Assembly: GCA_024650005.2 (NCBI GenBank)
Contig: CP122380.1
Span: 1-64,000 of the forward strand
Length of the DNA: 64,000 nucleotides
Reading direction: 5' to 3'
Origin: Candidatus Bathyarchaeum tardum
Lineage (GTDB): Archaea > Thermoproteota > Bathyarchaeia > Bathyarchaeales > Bathyarchaeaceae
Shown here: one piece after another, positions 37,343 through 47,821 of the stretch
Layout: each line of letters begins with the position of its first letter
Position numbering within the stretch: the first letter of the stretch is position 1
Program-made: the position numbers and the translations under genes
The notes under the pieces: model-generated
The model's input: only the letters and a program-made list of their open reading frames with translations
Databases searched by the model: none
What the model was told of the DNA's origin: nothing

Positions 37343-39091
37343 CTACTTGTGGGCAAAATATGCAGTCAAGTTGTTGGTAACTGCGTCAACTCGCACAAAA
37401 CCAAACCGCTGAAACTGCACAACCTCATCAAGTTTCAACTTTTTGCATGCATCTTCGGCGACACCTTCAACAACAGAAGCGTCAGGCATCACAACTTCAC
37501 AAGGAATTCCACTGTCAACAGGAAGCCAATGAACCAAAGGAGCAGACAGCTTTCTTGCCTCTTCGTATGATTCATTGTGAAACACCGCTTGAACATTATT
37601 TTCTGCAATTTTTTGTACAGTGAAATTAAAAAGGTCCATGAAACGAACTGCAGGTTTGCCCTTTAGCAGACTTAAGTCATTTTTTGAAATCAGAAAAGTT
37701 GCTGTGCCATTTTTTGGAGCAACATCAAAGGTTCTGAAACCCATCTCCGAGTGATCGGGGTGCACGGGAATTTTGGCTGAATAACTGGATGGAATGCCAG
37801 TTACCGTAATTTTGATTGGGTCAGATACAAAGAAGAACCGTTTAGCAGTTGGGTCAACAAGTTTTCTGTTATGGGCATACAAGTTTTTCCAGCTCAGAAC
37901 TACATCTTGAGGTTTTGGACCCACGTCAATTATTAGACTTTGAATAGCTTCTGGTTGGATTCCACGCTTTTTCAACGCTGCAAGAGTAGCAAGGCGGGGG
38001 TCGTCCCAGTGTTTGTAAAGTCCATTTTCCATGCCTTTTACAATTTCTGATTTACTAAGTGACGCTCCAGTAATTTTGAGCCTGCCATAATGAATGGTTT
38101 CAGGATAGTCCCATCCAAAATGCTTGAACATGTATTCTTGCCGAGCCTGATTGGTCAGATGCTCTTTGCCACGGATTATGTGGGTTATTCCCATCAGGTG
38201 ATCGTCAATTCCAGTAGAAAAATTGTAAAGAGGCCAAACACGGTACTTGCTTCCCACTCGAGGATGAGGATACTTTACAGTATCAACAATACGCAAAGCA
38301 GGCCAATCCCGAACCGCAGGATTAGGATGACCTAACTCAGTTTTCACACGCACTACTGCGTCTCCTTCGTTGTAGATGCCAGCTAACATTTTGTTCCAAC
38401 GAACCAAATTTTCGTCTGCAGGCAATATTCTGCACGGACAAGGATGACCTGCGTGGGATTTTTCGCGAAAAACTTCCCGCTCACAATTACAAACATAAGC
38501 ATTACCTGCGTTAATTAGCTCTTCAGCATGCTCATAATAGATTGGCAACCTGTCGCTTTGGATAAATTCTGAGTCCCATTTACAACCCAACCAATCCATA
38601 TCGTGCCGGACGCCATCATAAAACTCAAGTTTTGGCTTTTTGGTTTTTGTGTCTGTGTCCTCAAAACGAAGAATAAAACTTCCATCATACATTTTGGCGT
38701 AATCATAACTAAGCAAGATAGCTCTGGCAGAACCCAAATGCAAAACAAAATCGGGGTTTGGAGAAAAACGGGTAACCACCTTTTTGTATTTTTTAACGTT
38801 AGGCAAAGGAGGAAGCTGTTTGATTTCTTCAACTTTTTCTTCAACTAAAGTTTCAGGCCAGTTATCTGCTACAATCGCTTTTTGTTCAGCTAAAGTCATT
38901 GAATTGATTTTTTGGACAATTTCGTTGATTATGGATCCGATTTCTTTCACGTTTTTTCGGAATTCAGGATACTCTCCCAAAAGTTTGCTGAAAATGGGTT
39001 TGGGGGTTGCTTTTCCATCATAACGAACAGCGTTCAACAACACAATTTTGTTAATTATTTCTCGGGTTTGTTTTTCGTCGGGTGGGTTCAA
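37343..39091 (-). CDS. gltX: glutamate--tRNA ligase
   Basis: TRFSPNP, HLGS, LRFEDTD, RGKEH, LSKS, WDDPRL, QFQRFGF. Confidence 0.97.
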   Translation of the reverse strand: MNPPDEKQTREIINKIVLLNAVRYDGKATPKPIFSKLLGEYPEFRKNVKEIGSIINEIVQKINSMTLAEQKAIVADNWPETLVEEKVEEIKQLPPLPNVKKYKKVVTRFSPNPDFVLHLGSARAILLSYDYAKMYDGSFILRFEDTDTKTKKPKLEFYDGVRHDMDWLGCKWDSEFIQSDRLPIYYEHAEELINAGNAYVCNCEREVFREKSHAGHPCPCRILPADENLVRWNKMLAGIYNEGDAVVRVKTELGHPNPAVRDWPALRIVDTVKYPHPRVGSKYRVWPLYNFSTGIDDHLMGITHIIRGKEHLTNQARQEYMFKHFGWDYPETIHYGRLKITGASLSKSEIVKGMENGLYKHWDDPRLATLAALKKRGIQPEAIQSLIIDVGPKPQDVVLSWKNLYAHNRKLVDPTAKRFFFVSDPIKITVTGIPSSYSAKIPVHPDHSEMGFRTFDVAPKNGTATFLISKNDLSLLKGKPAVRFMDLFNFTVQKIAENNVQAVFHNESYEEARKLSAPLVHWLPVDSGIPCEVVMPDASVVEGVAEDACKKLKLDEVVQFQRFGFVRVDAVTNNLTAYFAHK

Positions 39092-39106
39092 AGTGGACCA
39101 CTTAAC

Positions 39107-40108
39107 TTAGTTTTGTCTGTCAAAAATCAGGTCAGCTAGGCTTAATAGGTCTTCTTTATCTGCACAATCAGGAAACTTGGCTAAGACCTTCTTGCATTTA
39201 GTAATATACTTGTCTGCCATTTTTTTGGCATAAGAAATGGCACCCAAAGAATCAATCAACCCAATTGTTTCTTTAATCTGGTCAGCAGAAGCGTTTTTAT
39301 TTCCCAAAGTTTCCAAAATCTTTTGACGCTGAGTTTTGGAGGCTTTCTTAAGAGCATAAACAACCATTAAGGTTCGTTTGCCTTCTCGGATGTCGTTTCC
39401 AACAGGCTTTTTGAGAACTTTTTCATCTGCAGTCAAAGCCAAAACATCGTCAATAACCTGAAAAGCAATACCCGCATAGCGCCCAAACTCGCCCAACCGT
39501 TTAACTTGTGTTTTGGTTGCGCCACCAATTATTCCTCCACATCGAGCTGAGGTTTCAAAAAGTGCAGCGGTTTTGCCTTCAATCATTTCAAAGTATTCAG
39601 CTTCTGTAACTGTTTCGTTATCTTCAAAGAGTATATCACGGGTTTGTCCTTCACACAAAACTATCGTTGCTTCGCTAAGTTCTTGCAAAATGTGCAAAAT
39701 ACGTTTAGGTGTCACATTTTTTTGGTCTGTGTTTTTTGTGATTACCTCAAAAACCTTGGCAAACAACAAGTCTCCAGCAACAATAGCAATGGGCACACCA
39801 TATTTGGTGTGAACACTGGGAACTCCCCGACGTTTTTCGTCTTGGTCCATTATGTCGTCATGCAAAAGAGTGAAAGTATGAAGCAATTCCATGGACGAAG
39901 CCGTTGCTATTGCGTCTTGTTCCTTTCCGCCTACTAGACTGCAAGTTTTCAAAACAAGAAAAGGACGTAAGCGTTTTCCACCAGCGTCAATTATGTGCCG
40001 GGAAGCTTGGTACAAAACCTTGGGTTCAGCTTCAATGTCTACTACCGTTTCGATAAATTTGTTTACTTTTTGGGCTGAATCAGATATTTGAGTTGATAAT
40101 GGGCTCAC
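39107..40108 (-). CDS. idsA: polyprenyl (geranylgeranyl) diphosphate synthase
   Basis: GGKRLRP, HDDIMD, RRG, GQ, KTAALF, FQVIDD. Confidence 0.93.
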   Translation of the reverse strand: MSPLSTQISDSAQKVNKFIETVVDIEAEPKVLYQASRHIIDAGGKRLRPFLVLKTCSLVGGKEQDAIATASSMELLHTFTLLHDDIMDQDEKRRGVPSVHTKYGVPIAIVAGDLLFAKVFEVITKNTDQKNVTPKRILHILQELSEATIVLCEGQTRDILFEDNETVTEAEYFEMIEGKTAALFETSARCGGIIGGATKTQVKRLGEFGRYAGIAFQVIDDVLALTADEKVLKKPVGNDIREGKRTLMVVYALKKASKTQRQKILETLGNKNASADQIKETIGLIDSLGAISYAKKMADKYITKCKKVLAKFPDCADKEDLLSLADLIFDRQN

Positions 40109-41205
40109 AATTTTCTCCTCGCATAAGTTTTAGGTTTAATGCCACGTGCCCGTAACCACTCAGCAGTTTTGCCAGTTAACACAACTGGAACATTCTGGAG
40201 TTTTTGAACTGAACTGGCACCCACAAGGAACATGGCATTTTTCACTTCCTCAACAAAATACATGAGTGCCTTTTTAACGTCTTCTGAATCTTTTGTAGCG
40301 GGACCCAGAAACGGAAAAGTTGCACTTGTCAAACTTGCCCCCAGTGCCAAAGATTTTACCACATCTACTCCAGTTCTTATTCCACCCGAGGCGATTACAG
40401 GCAAATTAACAGAATTTACTGTCTCTACAAGACTAACTGCAGAGGGTATACCCCAGTCCCAGAAAGTTTCCCCAAGTTTTTGACTAGACCCATCGTTACG
40501 AGCCTTAGCACGGAAATACTCTACACCCGCCCAGCTTGTGCCCCCAACTCCAGCAACATCAATTCCCGCAACACCAGCAGCCTCGAGCATAGCAGCATCT
40601 TCTGCCGAGACTCCGGCACCAGTTTCTTTGACGATTACGGGAACATCTAAATCTTGAACAAGCTTACGAATTTTTTGCAACAAATTAGAGTAATCAGTAT
40701 CCCCCTCAGGCTGAACAGCTTCCTGCAAAGGATTCAAATGAATTGCCAAAGCGTTGGCTTTTACCATTTCCACTGCTTTTTTTGCTTCGGCTACACCGTA
40801 TTTGTTAACTAACTGGGGACCACCAATGTTTGCCAAAACGAAAGCTGTTGGAGCTTTTTCTCGCACCACACTAAAAGAGTCCGCAACTTCAGGGTTGTCG
40901 ATTGCTATTCGTTGGCTTCCCACACCCATTCCAAGACCTAGTTCTTCAACAGCTTGGGCAATTACCGCGTTAATTCTTTTGGCTTGGGGAGTGCCTCCAG
41001 TCATGGCTCCAACAAAGAGGGGTGCAGAAAACTTGTACCCAAAAACAGTTGTTGAAAGGTTAATTTGTGCCCGGTTGATTTCAGGTAAAGCCCTGTGCAC
41101 TAGAGTAACGTCCTCAAATCCGGTAGTTACGTTTCTTGCTTGAACGTTTTCCTTTAGACTAACTTCTATGTGGTCAGCTTTTCGTTCTCCAATAATGTCA
41201 TCCAC
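40105..41205 (-). CDS. fni: type 2 isopentenyl-diphosphate isomerase
   Basis: RKADH, MTGG, GSQR, HLNPLQEAVQPEGD, VKETG, GGTSW, SGGIR. Confidence 0.96.
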   Translation of the reverse strand: MDDIIGERKADHIEVSLKENVQARNVTTGFEDVTLVHRALPEINRAQINLSTTVFGYKFSAPLFVGAMTGGTPQAKRINAVIAQAVEELGLGMGVGSQRIAIDNPEVADSFSVVREKAPTAFVLANIGGPQLVNKYGVAEAKKAVEMVKANALAIHLNPLQEAVQPEGDTDYSNLLQKIRKLVQDLDVPVIVKETGAGVSAEDAAMLEAAGVAGIDVAGVGGTSWAGVEYFRAKARNDGSSQKLGETFWDWGIPSAVSLVETVNSVNLPVIASGGIRTGVDVVKSLALGASLTSATFPFLGPATKDSEDVKKALMYFVEEVKNAMFLVGASSVQKLQNVPVVLTGKTAEWLRARGIKPKTYARRKL

Positions 41206-41211
41206 TTTTGT

Positions 41212-42021
41212 TTACCCCTTAACAATAACGGTTCCAACTACGTCTTCACCCTTAAGTGCCTTGCAGACCCTCATGGGTTTTGTGGCGTTCACAATCAACG
41301 TTTCGATTTCTTCCTCAATTGCAGGAACTAATTCACGCATCTTTCCCAGCATGCCACCCGTTACGTCAGTTGACTGCGAACCTTCTATTTCATGCTTTTC
41401 AGATTTTAATTCTTCCAAGGTAACCCGTGGAATCAGTTGAGCAGAAGAACAAGTTTTTGGATCAGCAGTGAAAAGACCATCCACATCTCCGCCCATTACA
41501 ATCCGAGAGGCATCAAAATTGATGGCTAAAGAAGAAACTAGCTGATCTCCAGAAAGAATTGCAAACCCTTTCTCAGAATCAAGAACTGCGTCACCATAAA
41601 GAACGGGGATAAGTCCCATGTCCAGCATTCGTTTAATTGGTTTTAGTTCAATAGTTTGGATTCTCCCAGATTTAGTTACCACACATGAAGACGGCTGAAC
41701 AACTACCGCGTTAACTTTGTTGTTAAACAAAGCTTCCATAACCAAACTGTTCAATTGGGTCATAGCACGGTGGGTTTCAGAAAAACCAACAATTTGTGAA
41801 GCGTCACCAAAACCGCCGGTTAGATGGTATTTTTTGGCAACAGGATGACCAAAGGAGCCGCCCCCATGAACCAAAATCAGAGAGGAAATGTTAGCTTGAG
41901 CAATTTCTTTTGCCAAACGTTCAATTGCTTCAAAATTTGGGGTGGCGGGTTTGTTTTTTTCTGTTATTACAGAACCGCCCAGCTTTAGAACAGTTGGCTT
42001 GGTTGTCATCCTTCTCACCAT
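41212..42021 (-). CDS. ipk: isopentenyl phosphate kinase
   Basis: LKLGGSVIT, HGGGSFGH, SGD, DVTGGM..K. Confidence 0.93.
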   Translation of the reverse strand: MVRRMTTKPTVLKLGGSVITEKNKPATPNFEAIERLAKEIAQANISSLILVHGGGSFGHPVAKKYHLTGGFGDASQIVGFSETHRAMTQLNSLVMEALFNNKVNAVVVQPSSCVVTKSGRIQTIELKPIKRMLDMGLIPVLYGDAVLDSEKGFAILSGDQLVSSLAINFDASRIVMGGDVDGLFTADPKTCSSAQLIPRVTLEELKSEKHEIEGSQSTDVTGGMLGKMRELVPAIEEEIETLIVNATKPMRVCKALKGEDVVGTVIVKG

Positions 42022-42062
42022 TACTTTACTGTGTGAACAATAAAGGAATAAAGTTAACTGGG

Positions 42063-42449
42063 TTACTTCTTTATTGTGACAACATCGTTTTCTATACGAA
42101 CAGTGTCCCCACTCAAAATTTTGGAAATATCAATTTTGTCAACACACGGTATCTCGGAAATTATTGCGCCAACGGCAACTACTGTTTCACATTCGCTGTT
42201 TATGATTCCCGCTGGAGCAACACCACCTTTTTTGAGTCGATAAAGGGTATATGAGCCAACGGTGGAGCCTTTGCCGGTTGGGAAAACTAGGATTTTGCCT
42301 TTGATTGATTTGCCTTGTAGTTCATGTCCTTTTTCGAGTATTTCGCTGGTTTCTGGGTCTACTCCACCGTAAAAAGAAATTGGTTGAGTGGTTGTTAATG
42401 CTTCGGCTTCAACAACACCTTTTGAGATTATTCGCCCTTTTAGCTCCAT
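42063..42449 (-). CDS. phosphomevalonate dehydratase small subunit (AcnX swivel domain, DUF126)
   Basis: [17 protein letters not shown]; context in mevalonate operon. Confidence 0.9.
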   Translation of the reverse strand: MELKGRIISKGVVEAEALTTTQPISFYGGVDPETSEILEKGHELQGKSIKGKILVFPTGKGSTVGSYTLYRLKKGGVAPAGIINSECETVVAVGAIISEIPCVDKIDISKILSGDTVRIENDVVTIKK

Positions 42450-43636
42450 TTTCCAGTCACTCCAGCTTGTATACATTCTTCTAAGCTGCCCATTTTGGTT
42501 AACATCAAGTTATGCCGTGAATAGTAACAACCTTTTGCGGAAGTTGTCGCAATTGCCTTAAACCTTCCTTTCAACGGAGCAACCGCCATGCATGTGTCAC
42601 ATGCAAATTTTCCGCCAGCATCTTCAATAATTTTTGTGTAACCACGTATGTCAGCAAGCTGTTTTGCAGGCCGTGAAGATGCAACCCAAAACTCCGTGGT
42701 AGGCGAGATTTTTTTGCCTTCAAGCAAGTTTGCTATTTGGGCAATTTCTTTGATTGAAGCATGAGGGCATCCAATGCAAACAAAGTCGATGTCTTCGGTG
42801 GCATCATTAATTGCGTCGTATGCTTCTTGTAGTGCCTTCTTATCGATCGTTACTTTTTCTGTTGGAGGATTAACTTTCTCAGATGCTGGAGTAATATCCT
42901 TCATGTAAAACAAGGGTTTAGAACCAAAAGTAACCACAGACGCACAAAATGACTTTAACTCATCAATTGATGCATTTTTGATTCCAGTAATGTATGGAAT
43001 TTTGCTTTGTGCAGCTTTTCCGATACAGTATCCAAGGGCTCCCCAATCGGAAATTTTGGACAATTCTGCGGTTACTTCTACTTGAATGTCGGGCACACGG
43101 TTCTCATCAAGATGAAGACCATAACAAGGAGTTTTCCCAACAAAAGCTGCTGCTAAAGCTGATGGACCACCTTCTCGGTTTGTTTTTGCTCCGATAACTG
43201 AATTCGCAAATGTAACTGCAGAGGATTCTGCCCAAGCAATGTGTTCTCCGTACCTTGGCAGGTTACCAATCAGGTAAGGCGTACAAGTACAAGAAACAAT
43301 AATCCCCATTTTGCTGAAAGCGTCAATAACCAGCTTTTGTTTTCGGGCAAACTCAGGGTCAATTCCAAGGTTTTGCCAGTTTTCTAGATCCATTCCTGCA
43401 GGATTCAGAGTTGTTAGTACTTTGACTTTGCCGTCTTTTGCGAGTTCATCCAAAAATTCCAGTCCTGCATCTCCAAGATTATGATAAGAAACCCCAGAAA
43501 TTTGAACAGACCCAACGTCGATTAGTTTTTCTGCCCCGTAAATGTTTCCAAGGGCAACCAGTATTTCCATGGACTTTTTTACAGCGTAGCCTTCTTCGCC
43601 ATCCAGCATTTTTTCTTCATTTTTTGTTAAGTACAT
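42440..43636 (-). CDS. phosphomevalonate dehydratase large subunit (AcnX, DUF521)
   Basis: [34 protein letters not shown]. Confidence 0.92.
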   Translation of the reverse strand: MYLTKNEEKMLDGEEGYAVKKSMEILVALGNIYGAEKLIDVGSVQISGVSYHNLGDAGLEFLDELAKDGKVKVLTTLNPAGMDLENWQNLGIDPEFARKQKLVIDAFSKMGIIVSCTCTPYLIGNLPRYGEHIAWAESSAVTFANSVIGAKTNREGGPSALAAAFVGKTPCYGLHLDENRVPDIQVEVTAELSKISDWGALGYCIGKAAQSKIPYITGIKNASIDELKSFCASVVTFGSKPLFYMKDITPASEKVNPPTEKVTIDKKALQEAYDAINDATEDIDFVCIGCPHASIKEIAQIANLLEGKKISPTTEFWVASSRPAKQLADIRGYTKIIEDAGGKFACDTCMAVAPLKGRFKAIATTSAKGCYYSRHNLMLTKMGSLEECIQAGVTGKWS

Positions 43637-44949
43637 GATGAATCCACGAACTTTTTCAAGTCAACTTTTTCGTAATTTATTTTATCGAATCCTTTGCCCG
43701 TTCCAGTCAAAGGAATCGTAGCATCCAAACCCATTTTACAGGTTCGCGCTTTTTTGCCTTCAGACAAATCTCCTGAAGGGTCAAGAGAAGACCCCGGCTG
43801 ATTAGGCATAATAACTGCTGCTTTGTCTGCTTGAAACCTTGTTGCAATTGCCCATTCTACATCGTCGCTGTCGTAAATGTTGATATCATCATCCACGACA
43901 ACACAATGTTTCAAGGATTTGTGGCCATTAAAAGCAGCTTCAATTGCCTTTTTTCCGTCGTCAGAGTTTTGTTTAGTTATCTGCAACACAGCATGAAGCC
44001 AACTACATCCACCAGTAGTAATGTAAACGTCGTTACACTTGCAGACTTTGTTTGCCTCGTTAAAGATAGTAGGCTCTTTAGGCATACCCATTAACACCTT
44101 GTGTTCATTTCTTCCAGCAAGAATTGTTTGATAAAATGGGTCTTTTCTATGGGTCATACATTTGACTTCGATAACGGGTTGCTGCCTAACACGATCAGGG
44201 ATTCCAGTCAAGTCAAGGAACGGCCCTTCTGAAACTGTTTCTTTTGTTATCCGTCCCTCCAGAACGATTTCACAATCTTTGGGAACTTCAAGGTCAACGG
44301 TTTTGCATTTGACAAGTTCCGTTTTTTCTAAGGCATTTGCCATTCCTAACTCGTCAACACCCATAGGCAACGACGTAGCCGCAGCCAAAAGAACAGCAGT
44401 TGAGTTTCCAATGCACATTGCAATTTCTAACTCACCGCCAGCTTTTTTGAGGGCAGTGTCAGTTCCCCTGTTTTCTACAAGGCGAGCAACAAACTTGTTT
44501 TTCCCAATCATCATCAAACGATGAAAACACATGTTTCTGCCAAGTTCAGGGTCTTTAATAATAGAAACAGCAGATGGAATGTATTTGCCTCCGTCTTTTG
44601 CGGTATAACGCATTATGGGCAGTATGTTTAGGTCAACATTTTTTTCTACAACTTCTTGACATTTCCCAGTTTTTACAACTGCAGGAGGGACAGGATTTTC
44701 CAAAACACCAGAAAGTTTAGGCAAAATCTGTTGCACGTTCATGTTCAAAGCTTTGGCAACTAATTCTTTAGAAGAAACTAAACCACCAACCAAGGGCATG
44801 CTTGATTCTTTTACTTTTTCAAAAAAGCAGGGTTTTTCCCCTAAAGCTTCAAGGATTCCAGCTAATTCTAGGTCGGTTGAAACTTCTTTTTTGATTCTGG
44901 TTAGTTTTCCTTGTTTTTCAAGTTGTTCAATAAAATCTCGAAAACCCAA
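43627..44949 (-). CDS. UbiD-family decarboxylase (anhydromevalonate phosphate decarboxylase)
   Basis: DGGKY, HR, EIVLEG, EGPF, EH, VDDDI, WAIATR, LDPS, KMGLDAT; between mvk and acnX genes. Confidence 0.9.
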   Translation of the reverse strand: MGFRDFIEQLEKQGKLTRIKKEVSTDLELAGILEALGEKPCFFEKVKESSMPLVGGLVSSKELVAKALNMNVQQILPKLSGVLENPVPPAVVKTGKCQEVVEKNVDLNILPIMRYTAKDGGKYIPSAVSIIKDPELGRNMCFHRLMMIGKNKFVARLVENRGTDTALKKAGGELEIAMCIGNSTAVLLAAATSLPMGVDELGMANALEKTELVKCKTVDLEVPKDCEIVLEGRITKETVSEGPFLDLTGIPDRVRQQPVIEVKCMTHRKDPFYQTILAGRNEHKVLMGMPKEPTIFNEANKVCKCNDVYITTGGCSWLHAVLQITKQNSDDGKKAIEAAFNGHKSLKHCVVVDDDINIYDSDDVEWAIATRFQADKAAVIMPNQPGSSLDPSGDLSEGKKARTCKMGLDATIPLTGTGKGFDKINYEKVDLKKFVDSSCT

Positions 44950-44959
44950 AACTTTTCCC

Positions 44960-45904
44960 TCACATTTTTCTTACGCCAATTTTTGTTCTTAAAACTTGTA
45001 AACCTTCATTTTCAATGGATGTTGCAACTTTTTCTTGCAGGTCTTTTCCTGGAGTTAAAGCTAACATGCAACCTCCGCCTCCCCCTCCGGTCATTTTGGC
45101 TCCGTAGGCGCCTAGTTTTCGGGCTAAATCAACTAAGTAATCAAGTTCTTTGCTGGAAACTTCAATTTGTTGCAATAAAGCATGGTTTTGGTTCATCAGC
45201 TCACCAACTTTCTTCAAGTCAAAAGCGTCCAAGGCTGATTTTCCTTTAATGGCTAACTCTTCTGCTTGTTTGAAAATTGGGTCATATTTTTCGGGGTTAG
45301 CTTGTTTTCGTTCGGCTACTCCGGAAACCATTGCTTTGGTGTTAGCAACAATTCCTGTGTTTCCTATGACAATTTCTACAGGTTCCCGGATGTTGAGTTG
45401 TTCGATTTCGTTTATGCCACTTTGCAGGTTTTTCTTAAACCAAATCAAACCACCAAAAGTTGCGGCTGTGTTGTCAATTCCTGACGGGTTACCTGCGTAC
45501 GCTTTCTCTGCTTCATAAGAAACGTCATTAATTTTTTCATCTGATAAATTCAAACCAAATTCTTCAGAGATTGCACGGGCAATTGCAACACTACTTGCTG
45601 CAGAAGCACCAAGACCACTGAATCCAGGAAGATTTCCACCCAACCAAATATCTAGACCAACATTTTTTGGGTCCATCCCCATTGCTACTAACATTCTTTC
45701 GATGGATTCTACCTGCTGAAGTTTCTTTTTTTCTGCATAACCCTTTGCGCCAGTTCTTTCGTCAGTTACTTTGATGCCTTGCGCAATTTTTTTTACTTCT
45801 GAATCAGCTGCAGAGTCAACTGCCGAAGCAATTCCAGGTACACCATGAACAACGAAATGTTCACCAAACAAAATTGTTTTTCCAAAGCCAGAACCTTTTC
45901 CCAT
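44960..45904 (-). CDS. mvk: mevalonate kinase
   Basis: GKTILFGEHFVVHG, GLGASAA, GNPSGIDN, GAKMTGGGGGG; ATG 45904. Confidence 0.95.
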   Translation of the reverse strand: MGKGSGFGKTILFGEHFVVHGVPGIASAVDSAADSEVKKIAQGIKVTDERTGAKGYAEKKKLQQVESIERMLVAMGMDPKNVGLDIWLGGNLPGFSGLGASAASSVAIARAISEEFGLNLSDEKINDVSYEAEKAYAGNPSGIDNTAATFGGLIWFKKNLQSGINEIEQLNIREPVEIVIGNTGIVANTKAMVSGVAERKQANPEKYDPIFKQAEELAIKGKSALDAFDLKKVGELMNQNHALLQQIEVSSKELDYLVDLARKLGAYGAKMTGGGGGGCMLALTPGKDLQEKVATSIENEGLQVLRTKIGVRKM

Positions 45905-46106
45905 TGAAAACAACTCAAAACACAATTACGGGGATTAAATAAAATACTTTTAGGTAAATCATGTTTTACAAAAAAGAGGTAATAAAAAGGAGACAAAATG
46001 AAGGGAAAATTGGGGGTTTAAGTTGGGGTTTGTAGGGGTCACCTCGAGTTTGCTTATTGTGCCAAAAAGAGTTGTTAATTGTGGCAGAGCGTGATTGGTT
46101 GTTTTG

Positions 46107-46208
46107 TTAGATTCTTGGGAAGAACCAGATATTAGCGAGCTCTTTGAAGGTTAAAGATTCGTTTAGTTCTAGTTCAGGTTTGTTTTCATTTACGATTGGT
46201 GTTGCCAT
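46107..46208 (-). CDS. putative 33-aa peptide
   Basis: Manual translation MATPIVNENKPELELNESLTFKELANIWFFPRI; AT-rich promoter-like region upstream. Confidence 0.4.
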   Translation of the reverse strand: MATPIVNENKPELELNESLTFKELANIWFFPRI

Positions 46209-46298
46209 ATTTACTCACACTCATTCAGTTAATTATCATTATATAATATAATTATATATAAACATTCCTTATTACTGAATATATATTCTAAAAATATT

Positions 46299-47147
46299 TT
46301 ATTTACTGAATGAAATCGAGGTGTAGCCCACTACAGCAGATTTGTCCCCCAAAACATCACCGCTGGTCCCATAGCACAACAAGTTTGAATTTTTTGCACC
46401 CAACTTTTTTGCCGCAGTTATCGCAGCAACTGTAGGACCATAACCACAAGTAGAAATTCCAAACAAGTCTACATTACGATAATATTTTTCTTCATTCATC
46501 TCAAGGGCAGCATCTATGGCTAGTTTGTCTTTTTTTTCTGCCTGACTTTGAGGTTCATAATGGGACAGGTCAGTTGATGCAATAACCAATCCGTTTTTGT
46601 TCTTCAAAGCAGCCGCAACTGCTTTTCCAACTTCACGACTGGTATCGAGGTCTTGCATCATAAAACATATGGGAACAAACTTGAATTCAGAACCATAAAG
46701 ATACTGAAGAAAAGGCAACTGCATTTCAATAGAATGCTCGCGAAGGTGGGCACGGTCGTCTATATCTATGACGTCAGAATTTTGTAAAATCTCATTGGCG
46801 ATTTGAGTGTCAATTGGAACATCCCCTAAGGGTGTTCGCCAGGCGCCTTCGTTCATGAGAGAGATTGCGCTTCCAAGTCCAGTGTGGTTGGGACCTAAAA
46901 TCACGATAACATCAGGTTTTCCATCAAAAGCAAGATGATAATATGCATGGGCAGCTACAGGACCAGAAGCCATGTATCCTGCATGAGGAACAATAAGACT
47001 AACAAAAATTCTGGGACCATCCTGCATTACTAAAGGAAGGCTTCCAGGTCCAAGTTTATGAGTAAAAAGATTTTGGATTTGGTGATTTAAACCATCAGGA
47101 GTACCAGCATACCATGAACCGGCTACTGCTGGATACCTGAGTTTCAA
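46299..47147 (-). CDS. AmmeMemoRadiSam system protein B (MEMO1 family)
   Basis: AVAGSWY, PHAGY..SG, GPNHTG, EHSIEMQLPFLQ, STDLSHY, CGYGP, VVGY. Confidence 0.93.
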   Translation of the reverse strand: MKLRYPAVAGSWYAGTPDGLNHQIQNLFTHKLGPGSLPLVMQDGPRIFVSLIVPHAGYMASGPVAAHAYYHLAFDGKPDVIVILGPNHTGLGSAISLMNEGAWRTPLGDVPIDTQIANEILQNSDVIDIDDRAHLREHSIEMQLPFLQYLYGSEFKFVPICFMMQDLDTSREVGKAVAAALKNKNGLVIASTDLSHYEPQSQAEKKDKLAIDAALEMNEEKYYRNVDLFGISTCGYGPTVAAITAAKKLGAKNSNLLCYGTSGDVLGDKSAVVGYTSISFSK

Positions 47148-47821
47148 TCTTCTTCGACGTCCCCTCGGTCCCTTGTTAATTTAATTTCGAAGTCTTCGAT
47201 AGACTGACTAAGATCACCGTCTGCGGGGATTTCGCCTTTTTCGCGTAGCATTTGCCTTGCAAGGAGCCAGTAAATAACTGCTAATGCACGTCTTCCTTTG
47301 TTGTTGGTTGGTATAACAAAATCAACAAATGAGAAGTCGTTATCTGTACTGCACAAAGCAACAACAGGAACACCAATGGTAGCAGCTTCTTTAACTGCTT
47401 GAACATCAGCTTTTGGATCAGAAACAATGATCACACTAGGTTCAAGGCGATCAGGATACAATGGATTTGAAAGCATTCCAGGAATAAATCTACCAACTAT
47501 TGGGGTTGCTCCAGTTACTTGGCAGAATTTTTCTACTGGAGAATGACTGTACAAGCGTCCAGCGACAACTGCAATCTTTGAGGGATCAAAACGGGCTAGA
47601 AACTTGCCAGCAACGCGTATGCGTTCATCGGTTTTTTTAACATCTAATACGAACAGACCGTCTGCTCTAACCCGGTAGATGAATTGTTCCATGTCTTTGG
47701 TTCGCATTCTGGTTCCTATGTGAACACCCGCGGACAATAGGGTATCCTGGGGCAACAGCAATTCTTCTTCGCTGAAATTTTCCATGTTTTCTTCATTTTC
47801 GGACAAACTTTTTTCCTCCAA
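47144..47821 (-). CDS. rps2: 30S ribosomal protein S2
   Basis: AGVHIGT, GRFIPG, IPTNNKGRRALA. Confidence 0.97.
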   Translation of the reverse strand: MEEKSLSENEENMENFSEEELLLPQDTLLSAGVHIGTRMRTKDMEQFIYRVRADGLFVLDVKKTDERIRVAGKFLARFDPSKIAVVAGRLYSHSPVEKFCQVTGATPIVGRFIPGMLSNPLYPDRLEPSVIIVSDPKADVQAVKEAATIGVPVVALCSTDNDFSFVDFVIPTNNKGRRALAVIYWLLARQMLREKGEIPADGDLSQSIEDFEIKLTRDRGDVEED

